Of a stretch of 64,000 nucleotides of DNA, positions 1-11,400 are shown piece by piece. The stretch comes from Candidatus Asgardarchaeum abyssi (lineage in GTDB: Archaea; Asgardarchaeota; Asgardarchaeia; Asgardarchaeales; Asgardarchaeaceae), in assembly GCA_040225955.1 (NCBI GenBank), contig JBECUL010000002.1, positions 38,312 to 102,311 on the forward strand, read 5' to 3'. The notes under the pieces were generated by a model. It searched no databases. It worked only from the letters and a program-made list of their open reading frames with translations, and was not told the origin of the DNA. The translations under genes were made by a program, and so were the position numbers. Numbering within the stretch: the first letter of the stretch is position 1; every line of letters starts with the position of its first letter.

Positions 1-332
1 ATACAGGAATAGTAACTATGATCGCAGAACTACTTAGCCCAGTAATGTCAGGCTTATTCAAACTCCCTAGCGAAACTTGTGTTGCATTAATAATTAGTGT
101 TTTAAGGAAAGACGTTGCAGTCGGTATACTAGGGGGATACAGTTTATCTCCGCTTCAAATGCTAACAGCAGTAACCGTGGTATCGCTTACTTTTCCATGT
201 ATAGGATCATTTGCAATTCTACTCTCTGAGTTTGGGATAAAGCGAACATTAAAAATGATGTTCTTAATGTCTATAATTTCCTTAGTAGTAGGCTCTCTTC
301 TAGGAATCCTATCATCCATAGTAAACATTTAG
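1..332 (+). CDS. feoB: Ferrous iron transporter FeoB, C-terminal gate region (5' partial)
   Basis: Hydrophobic C-terminus with LRKDVAVG and FPCIGSFAILLSEFG, typical of the FeoB second gate domain; likely begins before the window edge. Confidence 0.75.
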   Translation, partial: TGIVTMIAELLSPVMSGLFKLPSETCVALIISVLRKDVAVGILGGYSLSPLQMLTAVTVVSLTFPCIGSFAILLSEFGIKRTLKMMFLMSIISLVVGSLLGILSSIVNI

Positions 333-721
333 TATATTTAAAGGCAATCATAAATAGAAAGTCTAACAATACCAGAATCAGTATTATTGCTATTATATGT
401 TACTTAAAGTCAGAACACTAATCCTCTTTTATAACGTGATTTTCATTCAAATAAGGCAATCTTTCTATCTAATATAGCTTACGTAAATGGTAAGCATGTG
501 AAGATACTTATGAAAACAATGAGAGTTTCTATAGCGATTTAGACATTAACGTCAGGGCTTCTTTTATCCAATTTAACTGAAAATTCAAGAGTGAACTGTG
601 AGTTATTGTAGTAATTAAGAAAAAATTGTCCACTTTTTTATCGTCGTAAAAATGCGTGTCAGGTGGAGTATAGTCGTGATGTATCGTCATTGGATGCGAG
701 AATAACATTTTCAATTTAGTA

Positions 722-1234
722 ATGGGGTGCCTTATTTCGAAAGATGAGCTGTATGACCTTTTGGTCATTATAATCTCGGTGCTCTGCACAGTACTATTAC
801 ACAGTTCTATCCCACCAAGAATTAAAAAGGCAAATCTCACCCATGGACATTATCTTTCTGAATTACTACGGAGCTTTATTTTTCAAAAGGGGCTGAAACT
901 TGGTTTTTTAAGGCATATTTTTTACAAGTGCTCGGATAAATCAGAAAAACATAAGGAAATAGAACTAGAGGTAACAGGGCCTAATTCTTTCTCTTCAAAA
1001 GACAATAAGATAGCAATATATGGCTATCACAAAGGAATATATTTACTCGACATAGACAAAGAAACAATAGATTCCCTATTTACAACCAAGGGAGATCCAA
1101 AAACGATTAAGTGGTCCCTCACTAGCAAATATCTATTAGCTGTAGATACTAAGAAAAATGTATATGTAATTAATGCTGATGGACGCTTGTTAATAGGTCT
1201 AAAAGGCTTAGATGCATGCTGGTATCAAGCGTAA
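722..1234 (+). CDS. Hypothetical protein, possibly the remnant of a secreted WD40/TolB-like propeller gene
   Basis: C-terminal half has propeller-like strands (IKWSLTSKYLLAVD, VYVINADG); upstream ~510-610 reads as a stop-interrupted signal-peptide-like stretch. Confidence 0.3.
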   Translation: MGCLISKDELYDLLVIIISVLCTVLLHSSIPPRIKKANLTHGHYLSELLRSFIFQKGLKLGFLRHIFYKCSDKSEKHKEIELEVTGPNSFSSKDNKIAIYGYHKGIYLLDIDKETIDSLFTTKGDPKTIKWSLTSKYLLAVDTKKNVYVINADGRLLIGLKGLDACWYQA

Positions 1235-1586
1235 TACTAAAATATCTATCGTCGTAAGGTAGCTGGTGAGGAAATTTCAGTTCATTAGCTATGTATATAT
1301 AGTTAGATTTTTATCTGCACTATTATATTTGATGAGATGTCAATTTGGTAAAGTATATCATTTATAGGAAAAATGATTTTAATACCACTTTTCGCAGCCC
1401 TACTAATGCCTTATTATATTCTATCTGATGATTAATCCATAATGTGGATTAAATGACATAAAGATAGAACTAGAAAATGAGTTAGGGCAAGTAAATATTC
1501 TTGTAATCGTATTTTGTTGTAGAGTAATTTTATTCACCAACAATATATCCGAAGTTGCCATAAATATCGTAGGACACTATAAATAT

Positions 1587-1623
1587 ATAGTAAAATTTTT
1601 ATTATAGTAAAAAAATTTACTAT
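1587..1623. promoter_or_regulatory. Imperfect palindrome upstream of the ABC exporter operon (candidate operator)
   Basis: ATAGTAAAATTTTT-N9-AAAAAtTTTACTAT-like arms, 14 bp with 1 mismatch, beside TATA-like TATAAATA. Confidence 0.3.
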
Positions 1624-1715
1624 CAAGAGTAAATATTATGGCGATTTGCACGAATAAAAATGTTCAAATAAGTAAAAATAGTGATTGTCTTTCAGAATGA
1701 TACGGGGTTACTAAA

Positions 1716-3503
1716 TTGGGTACTTTCAGAACTTTATTTTCATACGTAATGAGGCACAAAACCGAATTTGTGATTAGCCTAGTCGCTATGCTTTTTACCG
1801 TGTTTTTATCTCTAATACCTCCTCAACTTTTTAGGTTAGTTGTTGATGATGCTATTCTTATAGGTGATTCTAGAAAGCTCATAATATACTCCTCTGCAAT
1901 AATAGCTCTCTTTCTTTTTATGGGAATCTTTAGTTATATTAGAAGATATTACGCTCAAAAGCTTAGCCAGAAGGTTCTGTATGATCTTCGAAATGATTTA
2001 TACAGTCATTTAATGAATATGTCTTTCAGTTTCTTTGATAAGCGTCGCACCGGTCAGCTCTTGTCAAGAGTTACGTCAGATGTAGAAAACATACGATTTA
2101 TGTTGTCAATGGGATTCATTATGATGATCTATTCGGTTCTATCGATAAGTTTAACTTTTACAATACTGTGTTCTATGAACCTTTTTCTTGCAGTAATAGT
2201 TTCGATCCCATTCCCATTTTTGCTATATGGTGCCTATAGATATAATAAGATAGTTCGTCCAAAATTTTATGAAATTCGTACTCAATTTGGAAAACTGACT
2301 TCGATAATCCAACAAAATATTACTGGATCTGCAGTGGTTAAGGCATTTAATGCTGAAGAATTGGAAATTAAAAGATTCGCGGAGAAAAATGAAGAGTATC
2401 TCAGAATGAACATCAATGTTGCGAAAGTTCGAGCAAAATACATGTCAGCGTTGATTTTTATAGTTGGTGTGAGTGCTCTCTTAGTATTTTGGGCAGGTGG
2501 AATTTTAACGATTCAAGGAGTCATAACATTAGGAACGCTAATTGCGTTTTATGGATATATTATGCAACTTGTTATGCCAGCTAGATTTCTAGGGTTTTTA
2601 GTTTCATTCTATAGTCAAGCTATGGCTGCTGGTGAAAGGATACTTGAGATTCTCAATGAGAAGCCTACAGTCGTTGAGAAGCCAGACGCGATTGAACTTC
2701 CTCCAATTAAAGGAAACATTAAGTTTGAGAATGTATCATTTAAATATGGCGATAAATGGATTTTAAAGAATGTGTCATTTGAAATTCCAGCTGGGAAAAC
2801 TGTGGTAATTCTTGGAACGACCGGGGCTGGTAAGAGTACAATCCTAAAATTAATTCCTCGCTTTTATGATGTAACTGAGGGGCGTATACTGATTGATGGG
2901 TATGACATTAGAGATGTGAAATTGGAGTCTCTGAGAAAGCAGATAGGTATAGTTCCTCAAGACATCTTCCTCTTCTCTGGTACAATTCGTGAGAACATTG
3001 CATATGGGAAACCCGATGCTACAGAAGAGGAAATTATTCGGGCTGCAAAATTGGCAAATATTCACGATTTTATAGTTTCCCTACCTAACAAGTATGATAC
3101 AATTATTGGAGAGCGAGGGGTGACTCTTTCTGGAGGTCAGAGACAAAGAGTAGCTATTGCAAGAGCTATTTTAACAGACCCCCGGATCTTGATACTTGAT
3201 GATGCCACCTCTAGTGTTGATGTTAAAACAGAATACGAAATTCAAAAAGCACTAGAACAGGTTTTGAAGGGAAGAACATCCATCATAGTTACGCAACGAA
3301 TGTCTGTTGTTAAAAAAGCAGATATGATAATCGTACTTGATAGAGGACGAGTTGTTGGTATAGGGACTCATGACGAATTATATCAGAAGAATCCGGTATA
3401 TACAAAAATCTTTGATGCTCAGTTGATTGGGGCAAGGGCTCCTAAGCTAGCAATTGCTAATGATCACTTTAGAAGAGCACTAAGAGAATCTCATGGTGAA
3501 TAA
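1716..3503 (+). CDS. Heterodimeric ABC exporter subunit A (TMD+NBD, TM287-like)
   Basis: 6-TM domain; Walker A GTTGAGKS, LSGGQ, non-canonical Walker B ILILDD, and Q in place of the H-switch (VTQR). Confidence 0.92.
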   Translation: MGTFRTLFSYVMRHKTEFVISLVAMLFTVFLSLIPPQLFRLVVDDAILIGDSRKLIIYSSAIIALFLFMGIFSYIRRYYAQKLSQKVLYDLRNDLYSHLMNMSFSFFDKRRTGQLLSRVTSDVENIRFMLSMGFIMMIYSVLSISLTFTILCSMNLFLAVIVSIPFPFLLYGAYRYNKIVRPKFYEIRTQFGKLTSIIQQNITGSAVVKAFNAEELEIKRFAEKNEEYLRMNINVAKVRAKYMSALIFIVGVSALLVFWAGGILTIQGVITLGTLIAFYGYIMQLVMPARFLGFLVSFYSQAMAAGERILEILNEKPTVVEKPDAIELPPIKGNIKFENVSFKYGDKWILKNVSFEIPAGKTVVILGTTGAGKSTILKLIPRFYDVTEGRILIDGYDIRDVKLESLRKQIGIVPQDIFLFSGTIRENIAYGKPDATEEEIIRAAKLANIHDFIVSLPNKYDTIIGERGVTLSGGQRQRVAIARAILTDPRILILDDATSSVDVKTEYEIQKALEQVLKGRTSIIVTQRMSVVKKADMIIVLDRGRVVGIGTHDELYQKNPVYTKIFDAQLIGARAPKLAIANDHFRRALRESHGE

Positions 3504-3505
3504 AC

Positions 3506-5296
3506 ATGGGTTGGTATTTTAGGCAATTAAAGGACATTGAAGGTGTCGAAAGGAAATATTCAGATATTGAGATATTTAAAAAATTAATTAGGTATATAAA
3601 AAAGTACAAGTGGCGTCTTTTCCTAATTGTTCTTTCGATTATTGTCTCTTCGCTTGCCGGTCTTGCGGGACCTTATCTAATTATGATAGCCATAGATGAA
3701 TATATTGCAAAAGGCGATTATCAAGGCCTTATGGTTGTTGCTCTTCTGTATTTAACAATTTACATAATTTTCTTCATATCAAATTACGCCACTATCTATA
3801 ATATTAACTATGTTGGACAGAAGGTAATTTTTGATCTACGGCAGGAGGCTTTTCAATATGTGCAAAATTTATCTATGGATTACTTTTCTAAGGTGCCAGC
3901 CGGAGATATAATTTCCAGGCTTACTAATGATATAAACACTTTAAATCAAGTCTTGATATCTGGGCTTGTTAGTACAATCGCTGATATATTATCCCTAGCC
4001 GCAATAATTATCATTATGCTGTCTATTAATGTTCAACTCTCCTTAATTTCCTTTACCATAATCCCCCTATTAGTTCTTGCAACAATATTGTTTTCCAAAG
4101 TGATGAGAAAGATATATCGAGAAACACGGAGAACAATATCAAAATTGACTTCTACTGTTGAACAAACAATAAGTGGTGTTCAGGCAGTAAAGATGTTTTC
4201 ACGTGAAGAATCCACAATAGAGACCTTCTCCAGAGTGAATTTGGAAAACTATAGGGCGAATATAAGGGCTAGTAGAATTCTTGCAGCGTTCTACCCAGTT
4301 ATAGACTTTATTAGTGCGATTGGAATTGCCCTTGTGTTATGGTTCGGTGGTTTACAAATTATAGGTGGGTCTCTCTCCATAGGTGTATTAGTCGCGTTTT
4401 TAAGCTATCTTAATCGATTCTTCCAGCCAATTGCTAACATTAGCCTCTTCTATAATAATATACAGAGTGCTTTTGCTGCAGCAGAGCGAGTTTTTGATCT
4501 TATAGAATCTCGGCCCAGCGTTAAGGAGAAGGAAGATGCAGTTCCTCTTCCTCCATTTTCTAATGAAATTAAATTTGAAAATGTATTTTTTGAATATGTG
4601 CCTGGCATTCCTGTAATAAAGAATTTTAATCTCACAATTAAGAAGGGGGAGAAAATAGCCCTTGTGGGCCATACAGGTGCTGGAAAAACAACAATTGCTA
4701 AATTACTGCTCAGATTTTATGACGTCACAAGAGGACGCATACTGATTGATGGCTATGATATTCGTGATGTAACACTTGCATCACTTCGAAGCCAAATAGC
4801 CATTGTTCTGCAAGAACCATTTCTCTTCAATACGACTGTAAAAGAAAATATACGGTATGGTAACCCGAATGCCACAGATGAAGATATTATTAGAGTAGCA
4901 AAGGAGCTGAAAATACATGATCTTATAATGCGCCTACCACAAGGATATGATACCCAAGTTGGTGAGGGTGGCAAACTCCTCTCAACTGGAGAGAGACAAT
5001 TAATTTCTTTTGCAAGAGCGCTTTTAGCGGATCCTAGAATACTAATACTTGATGAAGCTACAGCGAGTGTGGATTCATATACAGAGCAACTAATCCAAGA
5101 GGGAATTAAGAGGCTGATGGAAGGAAGAACGGCCATTATAATAGCTCATAGGTTGTCCACAATAAGGAACGTTGATAAAATAGTACTTATGCATAAAGGG
5201 GAAATAGTTGATGTAGGCACTCATGAAGAAATGCTGAGCAGAAATAATCTCTATCGGCAACTATATCAGATGCAGTTTCTTATTTCACAGAAATAG
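3506..5296 (+). CDS. Heterodimeric ABC exporter subunit B (TM288-like)
   Basis: GHTGAGKT, degenerate signature LSTGERQ, canonical ILILDE and IAHR; 2 nt after subunit A. Confidence 0.92.
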   Translation: MGWYFRQLKDIEGVERKYSDIEIFKKLIRYIKKYKWRLFLIVLSIIVSSLAGLAGPYLIMIAIDEYIAKGDYQGLMVVALLYLTIYIIFFISNYATIYNINYVGQKVIFDLRQEAFQYVQNLSMDYFSKVPAGDIISRLTNDINTLNQVLISGLVSTIADILSLAAIIIIMLSINVQLSLISFTIIPLLVLATILFSKVMRKIYRETRRTISKLTSTVEQTISGVQAVKMFSREESTIETFSRVNLENYRANIRASRILAAFYPVIDFISAIGIALVLWFGGLQIIGGSLSIGVLVAFLSYLNRFFQPIANISLFYNNIQSAFAAAERVFDLIESRPSVKEKEDAVPLPPFSNEIKFENVFFEYVPGIPVIKNFNLTIKKGEKIALVGHTGAGKTTIAKLLLRFYDVTRGRILIDGYDIRDVTLASLRSQIAIVLQEPFLFNTTVKENIRYGNPNATDEDIIRVAKELKIHDLIMRLPQGYDTQVGEGGKLLSTGERQLISFARALLADPRILILDEATASVDSYTEQLIQEGIKRLMEGRTAIIIAHRLSTIRNVDKIVLMHKGEIVDVGTHEEMLSRNNLYRQLYQMQFLISQK

Positions 5297-5376
5297 TTTA
5301 GAAGCATGCTTGCAAATTACTACATGGCTAATCACATGGGCAAAGAAAGTAAAGAGACGAAATAGTAGCTATCTTT

Positions 5377-6830
5377 TTATGATATTTTCCTTATCGAGCT
5401 TTTTCTTAGTCTGATAAAGTGAACTGTAACTGCTACTAAAACTATGCCTAAAGCAAAAAATCCCCATGGTACTAGAGGATTTAAGGGGTCTATATCAGAG
5501 CTGTCTAAGAATCCATCACCATCGGAATCGCTCTTATTGGGATCTGTACCCAGCTTGCTCTCCATCCATTTTCCGAGGCCATCATTATCTACATCTAATG
5601 AGACACATAGTACTACTATATTCCATTCCTCTGGTTTATTCTCCGGATATGCATTTCCAACTATGAAAATATCATCCTGATCGTCTATTACTGCACTTTT
5701 ACCTTCAACGTACTCCCAATCGTTATTCCATGTTTTTTGCCAAAGCAAATTTCCGTTTGCGTCAAATTTCAACAAAAGTAAGTTTGTTACATATTCTTTC
5801 TTTACTGAGTTATACTCCTCACTAAATCCTATAACGTAGACATTACCATTCCTATCCAGAACAGCATCGTATGCTTTATCGAAGTAGCCTCCATCCCACA
5901 CCTTATACCACAATATATTTCCATCATTATCCAATTTTAGGACCAGTATATCATTAGCAAAAGTAGAATTAAGGCCTATATTGCCAATGACATATATGTT
6001 ACCTGATTCATCGACAGTGACGCTAACTGCCTGACTGGAAGTTTCTTCAATATCAAAGCTCTTATTCCACAGGAGGTCTCCACCGGCATTATATTTTGAC
6101 ACTAGTATGTTAATTCTATCAACATTTTCCAGCTCTGTTTGACCAACAACATAAATGTCTCCGTTTTCGTCAATAGCTATATCTTGGTATCTATCGACGT
6201 ATTTTCCTGAATATGTCCTCTCCCAAATGATTTCGCCCTCAGTACTTACTTTCATTAAAAGGCCATCGTGAATTCTATCTTCTGTTTCCTCATAACCAAC
6301 AACATAAAGATTGCCATCATTTCCTAATATCATACCACAGCCAAATTTAGATGGCCCTGCTAAAGATTTATTCCAAATAAGATTTCCATCTCTATCATAC
6401 TTTAGCATAGTAATGCTAGGGGAATCCAAGTACCAAGAGCGCGCAAGGACGTATATGAATCCATTAGAATCTGTTACTGCTGCAAGTCCCTTGTCTATAT
6501 GTTTTCCACCCACGTTCTATTCCAAATAAGATTTCCATTAGAATCGTATTTCAGGACCAGAATATCCGTGTTGTCGCTATCATTACTAAAAGAGGTTGTA
6601 CTGCCTACTATGTAAATGTTATTATTATCATCTAACATAATGTCTAAACCTTTATTAACACCAGCTCCATACCAAGTAGTATAGTCGATAACATAGTTAA
6701 TATTAGCATTGCTATTTGAAACAGCAGCCACAGAGATTGGCTGAGAAAATATCAAGATCAACAAAATAGACATTATGAGCAGATTTCTTAACCTCTGAAG
6801 ACCGAACTCCAGTCCCCACATCTCTCTCAC
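5377..6830 (-). pseudogene. Secreted SBBP-type beta-propeller with DxDxDG repeats and C-terminal TM anchor, split by a 1-bp frameshift at ~6511
   Basis: ORFs 6495..6830 and 5377..6513 join as ...LIWNRTW-GGKHIDKG... if one G is restored in TGGGT; repeats of the type DxxGNIYVVG / LLKYDxxGNLIW. Confidence 0.8.
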
Positions 6831-6997
6831 AATGTTCTTTCTTTCTAATATCTATACCATTATTTTCATAATTGTTAAATAAAATTTTTGCAGAGTGAAG
6901 CAACTTCTTATAAATATGAAGTAAAAGGTTTTCATATATTTTCACATAAAAGTTTTTTACTTACCTTTAGAATTTATAAATAGATAAGGGGATTGTC

Positions 6998-7420
6998 ATG
7001 AAGTTAGAAAATGAAAAAATGGAACGAATTAGCGTAACTCTCCCAACGGATTTGATAAGCCGCTTGGATAATTTCATTCAAAAAACTGGATACCCGAGCA
7101 GATCCAAATTAGTTCAAGATGCGGTGAGGGAGTTTCTTGTTAAACACGAGGTTGCAGTATCTAAAGAGAAAAAGGCGATAGGCGCATTATTGGTGATTTT
7201 TAAGCATCATCCTCACAATGTTGAAACAAAGCTAACGCACATCCAACATCATTATGGTGATTTGATTCGCTCTACACTTCACATACATTTAGACGAGGCT
7301 AGATGCTTTGAAGTAATATCTTTAAATGGAGCTATAAGTGAAATGAAAGACTTAATGACTCAAATTCAAAGAGTGAAGGGTGTGCTACGGGTAGAGCTTT
7401 TCATAATGGAAGAATTGTAA
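6998..7420 (+). CDS. nikR: Nickel-responsive regulator NikR
   Basis: N-terminal RHH (RISVTLP...SRSKLVQDAVREF) and Ni ligands in IQHHY...STLHIHLDEARCFEV. Confidence 0.9.
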   Translation: MKLENEKMERISVTLPTDLISRLDNFIQKTGYPSRSKLVQDAVREFLVKHEVAVSKEKKAIGALLVIFKHHPHNVETKLTHIQHHYGDLIRSTLHIHLDEARCFEVISLNGAISEMKDLMTQIQRVKGVLRVELFIMEEL

Positions 7421-7545
7421 CTGTAAGAGGCTTGGAGAAGAGTATCTTGGCAGCATATTATCTTTAAAGTACGAATTTTTACTAGTAGTAGATGCAACGT
7501 GATCTTTTCTTACAAGCCAGAATCTTAATATCCTGGATGATATAA

Positions 7546-8022
7546 TTATAGTGGTAACTCACTAATAGACTTTATTTCAAAGCGTGCCTTATTAACAATG
7601 GAAAGAAAATTTCGCTCTTTTATTATTTGGCCTAATTGTTTAATTTTTGTATCTTCTGTTAATAATATATCTGCGTTTTCAAGCGCAGCTGCTAAAATGG
7701 AGCAGTCTATATAGTCGTTATGAAATTCGTAAAGTTTTGTTGCAATATGATCTATTCTAAAATCATAAAAATGAACTATTTTGAACTTACCTGAAAGAGT
7801 TACAAATTGTAGAACGTTATGATACCTCTCTAACAGCAACTTATTCTTCTTTGAAAAATGAAGAATTTTCCATTTAATTTCAAGAAGACTTAATGAATTT
7901 ATTGAAGGGTTGAAATTCTCAATTATGGTTAGGAGTTTCTTTTCATCATCTTTCGTTAATTCGATATCTACTCCAAAGAGAGGAAGAAGGTATGTTGTAT
8001 CTAAGAATATTTTATATTTCAT
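7546..8022 (-). CDS. vapC: PIN-domain (VapC-like) toxin
   Basis: FLDTTYLL, SLLEI, DYIDCSILAAA, LLTED acidic PIN motifs. Confidence 0.85.
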   Translation of the reverse strand: MKYKIFLDTTYLLPLFGVDIELTKDDEKKLLTIIENFNPSINSLSLLEIKWKILHFSKKNKLLLERYHNVLQFVTLSGKFKIVHFYDFRIDHIATKLYEFHNDYIDCSILAAALENADILLTEDTKIKQLGQIIKERNFLSIVNKARFEIKSISELPL

Positions 8023-8266
8023 TTAAAGTGTCCTCCTTCATTTCCTTATGGATTTTTCTTCTGAGTTTCTCAAGTTCCTCTTTAGATATTTTAATTAGCT
8101 TTGGCATCTCTAGAAATTCTTTTGCAGATCCAATTTTACGGATAGTAATTTCGCCTTTCTTACTGGATAATATTATGTAGTCACCAGGCTTAATTCCTGC
8201 CTTTTCTCTTATAGCCTTCCGTAGGACGATTTCTCCTTTTTTCCCAACCCTAGAAATTACAAGCAT
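8012..8266 (-). CDS. AbrB/MazE-type antitoxin
   Basis: VGKKGEIVLRKAIREKAGIKPGD swapped-hairpin motif; overlaps the PIN gene. Confidence 0.85.
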   Translation of the reverse strand: MLVISRVGKKGEIVLRKAIREKAGIKPGDYIILSSKKGEITIRKIGSAKEFLEMPKLIKISKEELEKLRRKIHKEMKEDTLNEI

Positions 8267-8490
8267 AGATGCTCACCGATTTCTAATTCGAATTTTTATT
8301 TATATTCGTAATATTTTAATTTTTCCTAAATTTCTCATTTTTCCGATTTTTTTAAAATGTCTTTTTGCTTCATCAATATAATCACGGAATTTTTAATTAT
8401 AATTAAATATTCTTTGATGTTGTATATAATTTTCTTAGAGAATTTATATTATATCATTTAAGTATTTTAAATAAAAAATAAGAGAAGGAG

Positions 8491-11400
8491 TTAGCGGCCT
8501 TGCATGGCTCTAATTCTACTTATCACATCATACATAGTTGGCCTCTCAGTTGGATTCTTCTTGAGCATGTCTTTAATTAGTTGCCAAAGTGAATCACTAA
8601 TCCCCTCTGGTCTTTTTGGTTCCTCACGCAGTACTCTATTTACAACAACATTCAGCTCCTTTCCGAACGGGGGCTCTCCTGCAACTATCTCATAAAGAAC
8701 AGCTCCAAGTTGCCATACATCAGTCCACTGCGAAACGTTACCGAAGCTTGGGTCAAATTGTTCTGGTGCAAAGTATGCAACTGTTCCCTTAAGCTCACCA
8801 GTAACTATTAATGTTTGCAGTCCTCCGAGTCCCCAATCACTTAACTTATAGACATCTCCTTTGTATAATATGTTCTCAGGCTTAATATCACGATGTACCA
8901 GGTAGAAGTCCTTATGTGCATATTGTAACCCAAGTGCTATGTCTAATATTATTTTTAAGGCCTCTTTTTCATCTAGCTTTCCTTTCTCATTGAGAATATT
9001 TCTTAATGTTCCATCCATCAACTCCATAGAAATGTGCGGTAATGGCTCAAGACCGTAGCTAATCAATCTTACTATGTTTGGATGATCTAAAGTCTTCCAG
9101 ATAGCAACTTCTCTTATAAATGATTTTAGTGCTTCCTGATCCTTTACATTTAAGATTTTAAGTGCTACTGGTCTTCCTTGAGGATCTATAGCTCTAAATA
9201 CTGTTGCAAAGCCACCGACTCCAATCACGCCTTGGACTTTATAACCCGGTACCGCAACAGTAGGCATTTCCCTTGCTTCGACCTTTGCGGGTACCCTTAC
9301 TGCTGGAACAGCTTCGACAAATACCAGCATTCCATCGCTAATTTTTGCTCTAATCTTGCCATCTGCAATAAGTCTAGTGAGAATGTCCTCTACCTCTTTT
9401 GCGTCAATATTTAATTTGTCTGCGATATCAGATATGCGATATTTCTCATATGCCTTTGCTATCTCATTTACGTAATCAGTTAAATAATCCACAAGGTAAT
9501 CTATTGAATAAAATGTTGTCATATCCCTTGAGGTAATAATGCCATAGTCTTTGAGATAAAAGATCTCTGATGGTAGGCTTTCTGGCATATACTCTAATTG
9601 AAGTGATGCCATTAAGTCTGAATAACTGATTTTTCCAGCATTCTTTATTATAGATGCTATACTCATTTTTAGATTCTCAATACCCTCTTTTGTGACAATT
9701 GTCATGTCTCTATTGATAGGCACTCTGTATACGCTCATTAACATACTAATTATGAAGTCAATATCCTCGTTACGGATATCTGTTGCGGCAAGCCATTTTC
9801 TAACATCAATTATAGTTCTACTTGCTTCACTCAATAGATTATCTCTTACGCTGAGCATAAAACTCTCTGGATAAAGAACTCCCGAAGGCCCCATATACAC
9901 GTGATATTTCTTAATAAGTTCATCACTGTGCTTGCTGACTAATTTATATTGATCTTGCAGTGATAGTTTTGATATCTTCGTTTCTCTAACATCTATGGGG
10001 GTATTTGCTTTTTGCACATAAGTAGCTATTTCCTCAAGTATACGCTTTCTTCCCTTTCCTCTCATCACCCTAACTGTAACTACGATAGCTCCTATGCCTA
10101 CTACACCAAATATTGGTAGAAATATGTGTAGATTGAAGTGAATAAATTCAATTGGACCAACTGCAGGATCCAATGGATCATATCCATTCCTTGCTTCCCA
10201 ACCATCAATTATACCATCATCATCAGTATCTGGATTTAATGGATCTGTATGATATTTCTCAACTTCTTCGCCATCCATCAAATCGTCGTCGTCACTATCA
10301 CTATCATATGGATTTGTGTAGCTTTGATACTCCTCTATATTTGTTAAATCATCACGATCAGGGTCATCATACGCATCGCCTGCATCTCTTGCATTAAAAC
10401 CATAGAATATTTCCCATCCATCTGGCATCCCGTCACCATCAGTATCCCATTTATACGGATCTGTCTCAAATATAATCTCTGAAAATGTGGACGCAAAGTC
10501 ATTATCAGGATCGAAGACTCTAGTATTTCTATTATGCATCGGATCGCCTCCGAAGCATGACCAGTACGTTCTAATGCCAAAGGATACCTCACTTGAGGAC
10601 TTCAATGCATATATTCTATTATCATCACTGCCCACAACTATTTCTACTACCCCATCGTTGTCTAAATCCCATATCGCCGGTGTTGATTCTATGCAGTCTC
10701 TTGTTTTATATATCCATAACACTGAGCCGTCTTCGCCCTGAAAAGCGTACAATCCTCCATCTCCACTACCTATAACTACCTCTAATCTATCATCTCCATC
10801 TACATCTCCTAGTGCTGGTGATGCGGGTATATAACCACCAGTAGAATAAGACCAGAGCAATGTTCCATCTTCACCATTTACTACATATACGTCAGATTCT
10901 ACATCTCCAATAACTACTTCTAGTTTTCCATCTCCATCTACATCTCCTATTGCTGGTGATGACATTATAGCACCTTTAGTTGCGTAGAACCAAAGTTCTT
11001 CTCCAGATTTCCCATCTATTGCGTATAATCTCCAATCATAAGAACCAATAACCACATCTAAATCTCCATCATTATCCACATCTCCCAGCGATGGTGAGGA
11101 CCATATGATATCCCCAGTTCGAAAGGTCCATAACAATGTTCCATCTTCGCCATTTAATGCATATATAAAGTTGTCATAGCTTCCAACAATGACTTCCAAG
11201 TTTCCATCATCATCTATATCTCCTAATGCTGGCGATGACCATACGTTATCTCCAGTTTCATATTCCCATAGCACCAAGCCAGTTTCACCATCAAGAGCAT
11301 ATATTTTGTTACCTCCACCAATAACTACTTCTAACCATCCATCACCATTTATATCCCCTAATGCTGGTGACGAAAGAACTTCAATATAGATTTCAAAACT

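Noticed and set aside
1716-5296. Non-canonical Walker B, H-switch and signature as a sign of inactivation
   Set aside because: Normal degenerate site of TM287/288-type heterodimeric exporters
6914-6937. ATATGAA-N10-TTCATAT upstream of nikR as a NikR box
   Set aside because: Half-site spacing is 12 nt rather than 16; may be another operator or chance in AT-rich DNA
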